Below, piece by piece: positions 1 to 12,515 of a stretch of DNA of 64,000 bases. Location of the stretch: NCBI GenBank assembly GCA_964016885.1, contig OZ024742.1:92256001-92320000 (forward strand). The letters run 5' to 3'. This DNA comes from Eledone cirrhosa (Eukaryota). The number at the start of each line of letters is the position of its first letter. The stretch's first letter is position 1. Position numbers and translations under genes: made by a program. A model generated the notes under the pieces. That model was not told where the DNA came from. It ran no database searches and worked only from the letters and a program-made list of their open reading frames with translations.

Positions 1-71
1 CCAGTTCCTGTACACAGCTAAGTATTCTATAAGTCTCTAGCTGTGTCATTCTCGATGAAAGCACTGGATAT

Positions 72-115
72 GTAGTCCTGATGAATTCTAACAAGAATGA
101 AACGCGTAGACTTAC
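72..115 (+). ncRNA. Minimal type I hammerhead ribozyme, copy 1
   Basis: GUAGUC-CUGAUGA-AUUCU-aaca-AGAAU-GAAA-CGCG-UA-GACUUAC: intact core, 5-bp stem II, palindromic stem III, stem I with one bulge. Confidence 0.9.
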
Positions 116-382
116 TTCCCTTGCTTTTATCGAGAATCTAATTGTAATACGTGACGTATTCTATTCTATAGCGATTAGGTCTTCAAAATGTTTATTATAA
201 ACATACAGAATATTTTCGAATATTCTATGTCTATATTCACATATATATCGCTATTTCAGAGCATTTATTCCAATTTCTAATTTCTGCCGGACCGGCAACC
301 GCTCTTTCAAACCAGTTCCTGTACACAGCTAAGTATTCTATAAGTCTCTAGCTGTGTCATTCTCGATGAAAGCACTGGATAT

Positions 383-426
383 GTAGTCCTGATGAATTCT
401 AACAAGAATGAAACGCGTAGACTTAC
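383..426 (+). ncRNA. Minimal type I hammerhead ribozyme, copy 2
   Basis: Same sequence as 72-115, offset +311. Confidence 0.9.
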
Positions 427-693
427 TTCCCTTGCTTTTATCGAGAATCTAATTGTAATACGTGACGTATTCTATTCTATAGCGATTAGGTCTTCAAAAT
501 GTTTATTATAAACATACAGAATATTTTCGAATATTCTATGTCTATATTCACATATATATCGCTATTTCAGAGCATTTATTCCAATTTCTAATTTCTGCCG
601 GACCGGCAACCGCTCTTTCAAACCAGTTCCTGTACACAGCTAAGTATTCTATAAGTCTCTAGCTGTGTCATTCTCGATGAAAGCACTGGATAT

Positions 694-737
694 GTAGTCC
701 TGATGAATTCTAACAAGAATGAAACGCGTAGACTTAC
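694..737 (+). ncRNA. Minimal type I hammerhead ribozyme, copy 3
   Basis: Same sequence as 72-115, offset +622. Confidence 0.9.
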
Positions 738-857
738 TTCCCTTGCTTTTATCGAGAATCTAATTGTAATACGTGACGTATTCTATTCTATAGCGATTAG
801 GTCTTCAAAATGTTTATTATAAACATACAGAATATTTTCGAATATTCTATGTCTATA

Positions 858-910
<53 letters not shown>

Positions 911-2539
911 ATATATAATATATATATTACATATATGTGTGTACATGTGTTTATATTGAAGGTTGTTTCCTTTATATTTTCTACAAACAAAACAAACAGT
1001 ACACCAGTACACACTCTCTTCGTGAAAAAAACCTGCTTTTAAATTCTATAAATTTCCCTTAGTACTTCTTTACTTTAGTACCAATTAAATTTAGCATTTC
1101 CAAAATGTCTTGCAAATTACAACAACTGAAATTGCATATTCCGGTCACTAAATACCAGGTTGGATATAATTTGCATATATCGACGCCAATTAAAGACATT
1201 ATATATTACTTTTAGTAATGTTATAACTAGTTTGCACTCATATCAATGCAAAAACATTTATGCGTAAGATCTGGTTAAAGAAAGAGAGTAACTGCTTGCG
1301 CACTATTTCTATTGAATGTGTTTATGTGTGTTTCTTTGTATGTTTGTTACAAATCTTTCTATAAAATATTTGATTTTTTACATGCAGAGAGAGAAGAATA
1401 TTTGCTACATTGATTTGAATACGGTTGAAAAGAATGAGATTATATATGAATGTGTGAACTTCTTCCATTTGCTTCTGCTGCAGCTGTTATTATTGCCGTC
1501 ATTCTTCCTCTTCTTCTTTCCTGCCTCATTATCTCATGTTTTACTTCGCTCCGTACGTTGAGAAAGAAATCTTGATAGTTTGCCAGTTTCGGAACTATTT
1601 TGTTGTTTAGTATGTTGCCGAGATAACCATGACCCCAAAGAACTCGTCAGATCCCTTTTTAAGCCTCTTTGAGTTCATACCAATTCTTGAGAAAACAAGA
1701 AAAAGATAATTATTTGAAAATATCATTGAAAGTGGTATTCGGCCAACAGTTGATAGTGGAGGGAGGAAGTACAACCAGCAAGGGTGAGAATTTTTCCATT
1801 GAAAGCCTTTCCCTTCACACCTTTCACTGCCGACTTTCATCTTTTCCCAATCAACAACACAACAGCATTAGTAAAAATATTTACAACACATTTCTGAGGA
1901 ACAAAAACACCGAAGGTGAGAGGAAGATTAACAACAACATTTCCAGTGATAAGAGCAACAACGGCAGCAACAGCAACAATGCCACCCTAACAGATTAACA
2001 AGATGGCCAAAAACCACATTAAGCGACACTACATTACAGTCACTATGTCCATTGCGGTAGGCAATAAATGCATCTACGACAGTAGAAAAGGCGTAATGTT
2101 AGAATGGATCATCCGTCGGTTTCGACGATTAGAATCCAAATGTTCGATCAACTGAACGTTCTAACTTCAGTAATTATGCAGTATATCATTGCAGGTAGAA
2201 TCTCTAGATGTCCGGCTTTTGTGACCCTTTACAGAAAGGTGCACAAATGTGTATCTATTCAAGAATGAACGCAGTGTTTCTTTAAACATATGTATAAATA
2301 CATGGCCTTGATCTTTTGATGGGGTTTTGGGGACGCCGTCATGATATGCAACGTGTCTTGGGCATTTTAAACCTGGCCTCACAAAACCTTCAATTCAACC
2401 TTTTAACATTTCTGCCAATTCGCGGACATATAATTACATGCCAGCAAAATACTTTATAGTTGCGTCTAAGATGCTTTTGTATCTGTTTCTGTTGAAGTAT
2501 TGGGGTATATGTGTTCATGGAATAGTTTATTTGTATATA

Positions 2540-2930
2540 TACATATTGATCGCTAAGGCAGTTTTCTACGGCGAACCACGTCAAGGCAATCGAAATCGAG
2601 CAAAAAAAAAAAAACGCTTGAAAGGACCAACTCCTGTGCCAGCTGATCCAAGGCAATATTGATCACAGGGAATGGGAGTATCTGGCAGAGGACAGAGGGA
2701 AATGGAGAGTGACCATCAAAACAACAGCAGCCAGCTTTGGGAAGGGCAGTAAGGCGGCGGCTGAAGACAAACGTCAAAGAAGAAAGCTGTCCGCCACCCA
2801 AATCAACTGACCAAATAAAAACCTTCCCAAACTGTACCAGAGCCTGCATGTCCAGGATTGGCCTCTACAACCACGCCAGAGTGTGCCACCGCATGGTACA
2901 GGACAACAATACTTCCCACTGATCTTCGCA
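2540..2930 (+). mobile_element. 3' fragment of RTE-clade LINE
   Basis: Translation ...FPNCTRACMSRIGLYNHARVC resembles the RTE C-terminal CxxC-R-x-C-x-SRIGLxSH motif; upstream FYGE and WxSLAEDRxxW-like remnants. Confidence 0.7.
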
Positions 2931-3729
2931 AGCGAAAAGTTCTCTATTCATTATGTGTATGCACACGTAATTCGCGTTGCTCCAGTTTACTCAGCAGTAG
3001 ATATGAGTTTCAACATCACTGGTGCTATGTTGTATCGGCAATTAGCTTTCCCTTGGACAATATCGGTGGCGTGGTGAGGGGAGGCTGGTATGCATGAGCG
3101 ACTGCTGGTCATCCACAAACACCCTTACCCAGTGGAACATTCTAGATGCAAATCCCATGGTCATTTGTGACTGAAAGAGGTTTTTACTCTCTCGTTTGTG
3201 ACCGAAGGGAGTCTTTACTCTCCATGAGTTGACCAATGCCTTGTAGATCTAATTTTCCGAAGTATATTTATTAATTCAAACTGTCATAACATACATATGT
3301 ATGAGGAATGTGTTTTTCAGCAGAAAAGCTCAAAGGACGTTTGTCCTGATCATCAATCATTCAAATTAAAAGATATATGTATATCGTTATATATCATTAG
3401 AGAAACACATAGTATTTTGTACATATATATAAAGCATATAATATTTGGGAAACAGCTTATACTTTAAGGTGGAAAGCTATCATTTTCCTTACGGCCGCCG
3501 TTTCATAGTTGGTAAACCGGAGCGAAAATCGATCTAAGAAATTATCTAAGAAATTATCGATTACCAACTATCCATTTTGGTAGAGCTACGAAAGCCACGA
3601 AACTGATCGTCGGAGGAAATCGTCTTTATATCCAATAAGGCCCAAATTATTGTTATATCTGTCGTGTTCCGAAAAGTAGTCGATTCACAACTTGTGATGT
3701 GAAGTGGATTTTAACTGTAAAGGCAACCC

Positions 3730-3987
3730 GCGCAGAGCGTTGTGTCCTTGAGCAAGATACTCTGTTTCACACTGTTTCAATCCACTCAGCTTGCTAAAAT
3801 GAGTTGTACCTCTAATTCAAAAGACCAGCCTTTGCACACACTGTTTCTCGCTGAATCTCCCGAAAAACTATATTAATAATACACGTGTCTGTGAAAGGCT
3901 CAGCAACATACACGCTAAATTTATGAGCAGGCTGATTTCATTGTTCAAACAAATGAAACACTCGTCATCAGAACCATCGGGGGACCA
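3730..3987 (+). mobile_element. SINE family B (V/Meta/CORE-like central domain), 5'-truncated
   Basis: gcgttgtgtccttgagcaagatact...; colinear with the full copy at 62742-63066. Confidence 0.75.
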
Positions 3988-4520
3988 ACAACACATACAG
4001 CACAACGCCTGATACAATAACTAAAACAAGAATCTAAAACAAAAATAAACAAATAAATGTTTTGAAACTGAATGAACGACATAAACTGATCCTCTCTCTA
4101 AGTTGATAAGTTCGTCTCTGTTGTTGCACGGGAAAGTTTCGGGTCAATGCAAGTAACAGCCTTGAAGTGGATATATCTAAGGGAGGAATGTTACTATTAA
4201 GGAAAATAATATAGGTTGAATGGATGGCAACAGCTATTAGTCAGGCATAACTGCACGCCATTTCTTACTTATGTTGATGGTATACTTACTAATGACAATT
4301 GACCACAAGGCTACCAAACTGGAGCAATTAAGACTCATGCTTCTTTATCCAACTACTATCACTTAAGGTGGTGGCCAGAGTGGTTAATGAATGACCTGCT
4401 GACCTCGATATAACAACATTTAGTCATTGACAAAACCGAACAAACTAATTGCCTTACTTTATTTTCATTCTTCTGTAATTAATGTAAAGAGCTGTCATGT
4501 ATATGTGTGTAGACGGATAG

Positions 4521-4680
<160 letters not shown>

Positions 4681-4896
4681 GTTGGTGTGTATGTTATTTT
4701 GTTTGTCTAACGTAATGTAGTATTTAAAACATTCAACCATTAACTGAATGAGCACACAATACTGGTAGATAGATTGTAGAAATATATTTTCTAAGTAAAA
4801 AAAGTGACAATGACTTCGACGTTCCTGCCTGGTTACTTCACCTGATTATGTATGTATGTATGTATGTATGTATGTATGTATGTATGTATGTATGTA

Positions 4897-5300
4897 TGAC
4901 CCCTTAGCCTTTGTCAAGGCAGAATTCTAGGAGAAGGAAAACTCTGATATAACACCTGCAACCCTGATGATATCCAATGATGTTGACTTGTTCTTCTTTT
5001 TGGTAAATATTATCTTGGTTAAGAGAGTGGGACTGGCTTTGTGCAGTGCCTTTGCTCACTATAAAAGCTTCACGGCACAGGCATTGCTTTATATCTGGAG
5101 ATCTCTCTGCACTTGTTGTCACATGGTACCATGGGCCCAGCACTATGTGTCAATAATTGTCACAAGTGTAGTGTTTGTACCAGAGTTTTCAAGTCGCTGG
5201 CTGGACTAAAAAATCACACTCGTTCAGTGCATCGGTAAGGGTTCTCCTACATGGATATAAAGTAGTGGCCGTACTCGAAAACGAGTTGGCAGCCGCCATG
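4897..5300 (+). mobile_element. Non-autonomous RTE-derived element flanked by (TATG)n
   Basis: RTE-like 5' motif taggagaaggaaaactctga; 3' end tggccgtactcgaaaacgag...gcagcc + (ATGT)n shared with the tail at 6019-6075; near-identical inverted copy at 52870-53270. Confidence 0.75.
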
Positions 5301-5340
5301 TATGTATGTATGTATGTATGTATGTATGTATGTATGTATG

Positions 5341-5931
5341 CATACGAGAAAGTAAAGCGGGATGTGAGGAAGGGCATTGCTGTTGCACTCCCAGACGGCG
5401 AGGATCCTCCTATGGTGTTGACATGCAGCGTATGTGCGAGACTCTGCCTAAGCAAAGCTGGACTCGAAAGTCATCTTCGCAGTCATAAAGTAAGACCAGT
5501 GGTTGACTACCAGGCTGCTGTTGGAGATGCTACTCATCATGCTTGCCAAACATGTGGTAGAGAATGTAAATCAGCAGGAGGGCTCAAAGGACATGCAAAA
5601 GTACACGAACTCCAACCACAGCCGACTATTCCCAGTAAATGTTTTGGTTGCCGACTCTGTGCAAGACATTTTAGATCATTGGCTGGACTAAAAAGCCACA
5701 TTCGATCGCAGCGCTGTTAGTTGCTATCGTGTGTGTGTGTGTGTGTGTGTGTAGATATGCTTATGTGTGTGCGTGTGTGTGTATATATATATGTATATGT
5801 ATATTATTATTGTTGTTGTCGTTATTATTATTGTTGTTATTATTATTATTATTATTATTGTTATTAATGTATGTGTGTGTGTATATGTGTGTGTGAGTAT
5901 GTGTGTGTGTGTGTGTGCGTGTATATATATG

Positions 5932-5962
<31 letters not shown>

Positions 5963-6075
5963 TTCTTTTTTTTCTTTTTTTTCTTTTTATTTATTTTTTT
6001 TTTTTTTTTTCTTTCTCCTCGTGCAATGGCCATACTCGATAACGAGGGGGGCAGCCATCATGTATGTATGTATGT
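5341..6075 (+). mobile_element. 3' end of an RTE-like LINE encoding three C2H2 fingers, plus 3' UTR and (ATGT)n tail
   Basis: CSVCARLCLSKAGLESHLRSH, CQTCGRECKSAGGLKGHAKVH, CRLCARHFRSLAGLKSHIRSQ, stop at 5720; tail ggccatactcgataacgag...gcagccatc(atgt)n. Confidence 0.65.
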
Positions 6076-6155
6076 TATCTCTTTCTCTTAATTTCGAGTA
6101 TATTTTTTTTACCGGCCACCTTCCTCGTGGCAAGGTTGTAAAAGAAAAGAAATTG

Positions 6156-9100
6156 TCATCCCTTGAATCGCAAGAATGTTTTGCAAATTTTGAAGGGGCC
6201 AGCTATCGCAAACATTTGCAGACTATGAATTAGGGAGCTGCGCTCTTTGTCAGCAAATCCAAGTTCAGTCATACTTTGGTCCAAGTGGGTTGGTATATAA
6301 CCCGTAGCTCCAATAATGATGGGTATGAAGCTAAAGGTGTATCTTGGATACTGGATTTGTAAACTGCTCATCATTGGTCCGTAGATGTCCTCCTTCTCCT
6401 GAATTTTTCTGACAACGTTTACATCAAGTGGGCAGCTGATCTCGACAACAGAACACGTTTTCAATGTGTGGTCCCAAACAACAATATCAGGCCGGTTGTG
6501 CTTTAATTTGGTGGCAGTTTTTATTTTAGTGCCATCTGTCTCAATATATTCTTCCTCGTTTTCTGTTAACTTTGTTTTCCGAACTGCGTTCCAGATGGTT
6601 CTAGCTATCCCATCGTGTCTCATGGGGAGGTAGTAGCGAGATAACATTCTTTCGCAGCTGGCAACAATGTGGCTTACATCCTCGATCTTTGTTTTACATA
6701 GCCTACATTTATTGTCAGCTGATGGCCCTCCCCTTTTTTGCAGCAGATATTTGGTAGGGAGTTCTTGTTCCTGTATTGCATAGAGATATCCCTCAAGGTG
6801 TGATGTCATAAACTTGTCGGAACTCCATGCCAGGATTTTTGAGTGGTTTATCCCCTCTATGGTCTGTGTTTTACATCTCAAGTATCCATGCACAACTTTT
6901 TCTGTAAATTGGTCAATTTTTTCATCGTGTTTGAACATTGAATAGGATCTTCCGATTTCTCTGGGTGAGAGATTTATATTAGGCTTTATTCCATATCAGG
7001 CTTTATTCCAGATCAGTGGCTATTCTAATGATATTTTTTTTTCATGCTCATAAACCTGGGCAAGATGGTTGCCAACCTTTTTCCTCGGTTGAAGATGTTG
7101 CTTCAGTGTTACTATCCGGGTCTCATATGATGTTAATATGGATTTTAGACCCCGGCCACCATCCTTGCGTGAGAAGTATAGCCTATCCACATCACCATTG
7201 ATGTTAAAGTTCCCAGTAACACTGAGACGTTTGCGTGTTCTAACATACATCTCACTTAGTTCTTGCAATGACCAGTTCAGCAGGTCAAATGTTGGCGTTA
7301 GAATTGGCACAGCATAAGTATTGTGGGCAATGTATTTGTTGTACGCTGACAATTCTGATGACCATATTTTCTTTACTCTTCTGAGGTATTCAGTTCTGGT
7401 TCTCTCCTTATTTATGGGTCCATCATATCTGACATTCTCATCCTGTCCAAGATATCTGTAGTTGTCACCTGACTGTAGAGGTTGTATTGCCAAGCCGTTC
7501 ATCTCTAGATTTCTAGAGGAGGGCACAGTTCTTCCAAGTTTTACTGCCAAATATGCACACTTGGACTCACCAAATTTCATTTTGATGCCTGTTAAAAATT
7601 GTGTAATGAGGTCCAATTGTTTCTTGATGTCATTGATATTTGGCCCATACAACTTCAGGTCATCAACAAAGAAAAGATGGGATAAACTTCTGGACTCACT
7701 TCTTTGTCTACCTTGTTTCCTGAGTAGGTAAGATAGTGGATTTAGTGAGAGAACGAAGAGTAGCACTGACAAGCTATCACCCTAAAAGATGCCCTTCTGG
7801 TAATGTATCTTATCAGTCTTAACTTTCCCCTTCTCAACTCTAAGGATCAAATTGGTGTACCAGTTCCTGGTCAGACGTTCAACAGCAGCTACCAGTGGCT
7901 GTGGGACTTTGGCTAACTGTAAAGCCTTAACAATCCACCCATGAGGTACACTATCAAATGCTTTTTGATAGTCCAGCCACCCCACAGTCATGTTTCTGCG
8001 ATTCTTTGTTGTTTTTCTTGAATCATTTTATTAGTTAGTAGGTGATCTATACACCCCCCCCCCCTCTTTCCACCAGCTTGCTCAGGTGTTATGATGTTGT
8101 TGGTAGCACAGTGATCCTGTAAGAACAGGTTAAGGCACCCAGTATATAATTTATACATGATGTTTTGGCAGGCTATTGGGTGGTAATTTTTAGCAAGGGT
8201 GGTTTGGCTATTTTGGGGAATGAGGAGAGTAGTGGCAGTTGATAACCATCTGGGCAGTTCTTGTGTGCCTTTAATGGTTTCTGTAAACAGCCGTATGAGA
8301 TCTTGCCGATAGAAAGTGAAATTCTTCAACCAGTATCCTGTAATGAGGTCTGGGCCTGGTGATTTCCTATTCGACATTTTCTGTAGAGCTGTTTCCAGTA
8401 TTGACCCATCTATGTCATATTGTTTTGTCTGGACATGTTGGCAGTAGTCCTGTTCCAGTTCTTTTAGCCAATTAGTTTGTCTGTTGAATCCGTCATCCGT
8501 TTCCCATACAGATCTCCAGTAGTTCTTTTGAAGGGGTGTCATTTACAGAGATTGAGCTTTTGCCACCGAAGCTGCGATAAACTGATTTAGGATCTCTGGC
8601 AAACAATCTATTTAGCACTTGTCGTTTATGTGCTGTTGACTTATATTTTAGTCTTTCTGTTGAAGCTGTGAGTTGTTGTTTCAACTGGTGTAATTTGGCG
8701 TTTAAAGTTTTAAATTTTGTATCTCCAAGTCTCTCTAACTTTTTTTAGGTCTTCCTGGTGTCGTGTGAAGTTGCTCTCTATGTTGCATTTCATAACGACT
8801 GCGATGTGTGCGATACTTCGTCTCAGGGACAGAATTTTGCTTTTTAAATTTCGCATCCACGCTAGTTCAGGCTTTTTGTTTGTATCTTGATTGCGTGGTT
8901 TTAGATGTTTGTTATATGATAGCAATGTGACAGCTGAAACATATAACAAAATATTAAGCGTTTCAAATGTCGTTTCTACACCTTTAGATCGTATAGCCTT
9001 CAGATAATTGTCAGCTATTTCGTTCACCGCTTCCAATTCCAATTTAGTGGGCTCTTTACTGATTCTGGTGTTGTATGGTCTGTCACTCACATTAAGGCTG

Positions 9101-9627
9101 TGTATCTCTTGAAACATATCGTCCCATATCACTTGTAAGGTGTCCACAAGTTTTTGGTGTTCTGTTTGTACAGTAGAGTCATGAATTTCAGCCTCGTTGT
9201 TGATGTGGTGACAATTACTACTAGAGTTAGCTGACCATTCTTGCTGTTCTTCAGTGGAAGTGGGATGGATTTCAGCAAAATTGTTGGTGAGCTGTTCACT
9301 GTTAGATTTAGCTGGCCATTCTCTTTGTCTGTCAGTGGAGGTGGGGTGGTTGTCTACAAGGGCTGTTCTTGTAGTATCATTCAATTCCGTTAGATGTATC
9401 AATTTACATCTAATGATACGTTTTGCCTGTTCATTTAAATGCTTTGGAGAAAAGTCTAATTCTGGATGTTTGGAGTTCCATAAAGTTTTTAGCCTTTGCA
9501 TAAAACCGAACTTTTGTGGTTCAGATTGTTTGTATGCTTCATATAATTCTTTGTTAAGCTCGTAGCTCCACTGTATACAACGGTTGTAGTTGCGATTTGG
9601 TCGAAGGAGACTTGTACGTTTTGCCAT
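6156..9627 (-). pseudogene. Disrupted single ORF of the R4/Dong-like element
   Basis: Colinear ORF pieces 8710-9627, 8493-8684, 7988-8542, 7782-7991, 7020-7772, 6156-6938 separated by frameshifts or stops. Confidence 0.9.
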
Positions 9628-9802
9628 GATGAGTTCGTCTATTCACTAATATTTTGTATTTATTTTTCAAAATAGTCGATGATCTTCTTTAAAAGTTTCG
9701 ACAAAGATCTGTCAGAATCAAATTTAAAGTTATTCACAACTTGGGTAATATTTCTTTTCAGTTAGTTTTTAATTATCGTTTGAATCGAGAACAAAAAAAA
9801 AA

Positions 9803-10110
9803 ACCGTTACTTAGTATATTTCTTTATGAATGTAATATAATATAACAACGCTGTATTTATATGTTAAAGTTTATGTATCATTCATATAAATAGGTGTTCT
9901 ACAAGTTATTCACAACATATTCACAATTCAAACACTTATGTTTTTGTTTCTGATTCGAAAACGTTACTTGCATATTTCTTTATAAATGTAATATAACAAC
10001 ATTGCATTTATATGTTAAAGTGTATGTATGTAGCGTTCATATATCATAAGTGTATGTATCGTTCATATAAATAGGTGTTTTACAACACACTTACAGTTCA
10101 AACACTTATG
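9803..10110. repeat. Two diverged ~155-bp direct repeats in the putative 5' UTR of the R4-like element
   Basis: cgttactt..atatttctttat..atgtaatata...ttcaaacacttatg at ~9805-9940 and ~9962-10110. Confidence 0.8.
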
Positions 10111-10280
10111 TAGAATTATTGTATGTAATCTTACCGCGTAATGTGGATCAACTTTTTCCAACATATGATATGTTGCCTTCATGTAAGCCGAAATTACACA
10201 CGTCCGATTATCGGACACAGACCACAACGGTCGCCATTGTATGTATGTATGTATGTATGTATGTATGTATGTATGTATGT

Positions 10281-11085
10281 CGGGTCACTCTTGGATGCTA
10301 CTGGTAACATGTAACCCAGTACAACCTGTCTCATGGTCGAGTCGTCGGCGACTAAACCGGCAACCCCACTAAGTTTACTTGGTGAGGAGGGTGATTTTGG
10401 ACACCCTGCAGGACAAAAAACAAAACCTGACAAAGGGCGGAAGAACTCATAAGAGCCAACGGCCATCCAAAAGTGTGTAAATATGTATATACACATGTAC
10501 ATCTGTATGTATATGTATATGTGTATATACATGGGTGCATATGTATGTATATGCACGGGGACATAGAAATAGTCGGGCTGGACACCCGATCGCGGGGTTA
10601 AACCACTGGGTTAAACACTGAAGGACCCCTAGCCTTTGTCAGGGCATTCTTCTAGGAGAAGACAACTCAGGAAACTGGGATAACTCCGATATAAAACCTG
10701 TGGCTCAGTAGTTACCGATGATGTTTATCTTTTCTTCTTTTCGGGTTATAACTACTGTCGCTCAGTGAGTGGGATTGGCTCAGTGCACAGTCTTTCCTCA
10801 CTTAAAAAAATATCTTCACGCACAGGCATTGCACGATAGAATTAATTAATTGTTTCTACTTTAGGCACAAGGCCAGCAATTATCCCAGTGCATTACTGGT
10901 ACTTTATTTTATCGACCCCGTAAGGATGAAAGGCAAAGTCAACCTCGGCGGGATTTGAACTCAGATCGTTAAGGGACGTAACTATGCTGGAAAGCATGGC
11001 GTCCGCACGATAGAATTAATTAATAATTACTAATAATGGTATATCGTGCAATGGCCATACTCGATAACGAGGAGGCAGCCATCAT
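10281..11085 (+). mobile_element. Longer RTE-derived non-autonomous element, interrupted by a SINE
   Basis: 10624-10830 is homologous to 4897-5085; ends cgtgcaatggccatactcgataacgaggaggcagccatcatgtatg; flanked by (TATG)n. Confidence 0.7.
10851..11005 (-). mobile_element. SINE family A with ~20-bp target-site duplication
   Basis: Reverse complement of the family A consensus; gcacgatagaattaattaat at 10831-10850 and 11006-11025. Confidence 0.9.
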
Positions 11086-11147
11086 GTATGTATATATGTA
11101 TATGTGTATGTGTGTATGTAAGCATGTATGTATGTATGCATGTATGT

Positions 11148-11397
11148 TTCTCTGTCTCTTAATTTCGAGCACATTTTTGATCGGTCACCTTCCTCGTGGC
11201 AAGGTTGTAAAAGAAAAAAAATTGTCATCCTTTGAATCGCAAGAATGTTTTGCAAATTTTGAAGGTGCTAGTTATCGCAGCCATTTGTAGTCTATGAATT
11301 AGGGAGCTGCGTTCTTTGTCCACAAATCCAAGTTCAGTTATACTTTGGTCCAAGCGGGTTGGTATATAATCTGTAGCTCCAATAGTGATGCGTATGA
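11148..11397 (-). mobile_element. 5'-truncated 3' end of the R4/Dong-like element
   Basis: Homologous to 6076-6330 (…IGATDYIPTRLDQSITELGF…KICKTFLRFKG). Confidence 0.9.
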
Positions 11398-12515
11398 AAA
11401 AAAGAACATATATGCTAACAATCAGATGAACTGAAGTGACAATATTATAGAAACTCCCATTTGCTAAGATGCAACGTAACTCCAGTAGTGGATTTGAAAT
11501 CGTTATTCCCAATCTCATAAGTGTATTCAATAAGTGAGATATCATCTCGGCCGTCTAGCTTACAATTAACCTATTAATTTGAAGTGAAACAATTTAAGAA
11601 TTAGTCACTTTGAACCTGATACCTCCTACTACACTCTAACACTGTCTTTCTTTTTTTCCTGTCACTTTCTATTTCTCTTTCTCATTCAATCTCGCCCCCC
11701 CCTATCTCTCTTTGACTCTCTCCGTCCCTCTCACCCCCCCCTCTCTTTCTTTATCTTCCTTTCTCGCTTTTTCCCCTCTCTCGCTTCCCAATTGTTAACA
11801 TTGGTGGCTGCCAATTACACTTTTTTTCCTGAATGACTCAAAATTGTAAACATTAATCGACTTCCAGCAGTTTTAAACTGAACCACAGCGTCATTACTAT
11901 TATAGAATCAATGGGTTCCACAAACATTTGAGTGGCTCCCCTCTCCATTATCTCTTCTAACTTCGCTAACATATTTGTAATATATCTGCCCTCACCCCAT
12001 TTCAGAACTTCATTGCTTCACCTCAACTCTATCTAAATTACACGCTCCACTTTTTTTTTTCTATCTATATTTCGTCATCTATAATTTCTCACCTAGGGTT
12101 GTTATTTTCTTTCAAAAAAAATGTTACGTCCCGTAAGTTCTCCACATTTCAAATGATTTATTACCATAGAAAAATATTAAGAGTAAATGGGACTACTCTC
12201 AGTTTATGCCTGTAAATCGAACAGCAATAGTTGGGAGAAGGCACACACCCATAATGGTCAATGCGATTGTGGGTCTGTGGAGTTCCTTAGTTAGACTGAA
12301 TGCCTTATATAATTGTATACTATGTATTCGAAACATGTATACTATGTATTCCAAACATGTATACTATGTATATATGTAACCTCCCCTTTCTTTCTATGAA
12401 AACTTCCACCTTAATGTTGTAACATGTGTTCGTATTGTCTCCGCCATCTGATACTCGTGTGGTAAATAAAAGAAATTATGAGAGGGTCAGACGCCATCCT
12501 TTGCACCATATTAAG

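Larger units (their letters stand above)
1..860 (+). repeat. 311-bp tandem repeat (~2.8 copies visible, array runs off the window start); each unit carries a hammerhead ribozyme; retrozyme-like
   Basis: ccagttcctgtacacagc starts at 1, 312 and 623; copies look identical by eye; array ends directly in (TA)n at ~861. Confidence 0.95.
6076..10237 (-). mobile_element. Near full-length R4/Dong-like non-LTR retrotransposon (RT + CCHC + restriction-like endonuclease)
   Basis: RT motifs KSPGPD, DYQKAFDSVPH, HLFFVDDLKLY, YRYLG; CRLC...HIVASC, RHD, RPDIVVWD..VEISCP..K; bounded by (TATG)n on both sides; 5' boundary is inferred. Confidence 0.85.

Noticed and set aside
1-860. CRISPR-like array
   Set aside because: Whole units are identical with no unique spacers; eukaryotic context
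1586-1655. Minus-strand CUGACGAG…CGAAAC hammerhead-like pair
   Set aside because: No convincing stem II or stem I pairing
1669-1998. 109-aa ORF as a host exon
   Set aside because: No recognisable domain; ends in an AAC low-complexity tract
10281-10400. HDV-like ribozyme at the 5' end of the RTE-derived element
   Set aside because: Some hairpins are present but the P1/P1.1/P3 nested pseudoknot could not be built by eye; needs a motif search
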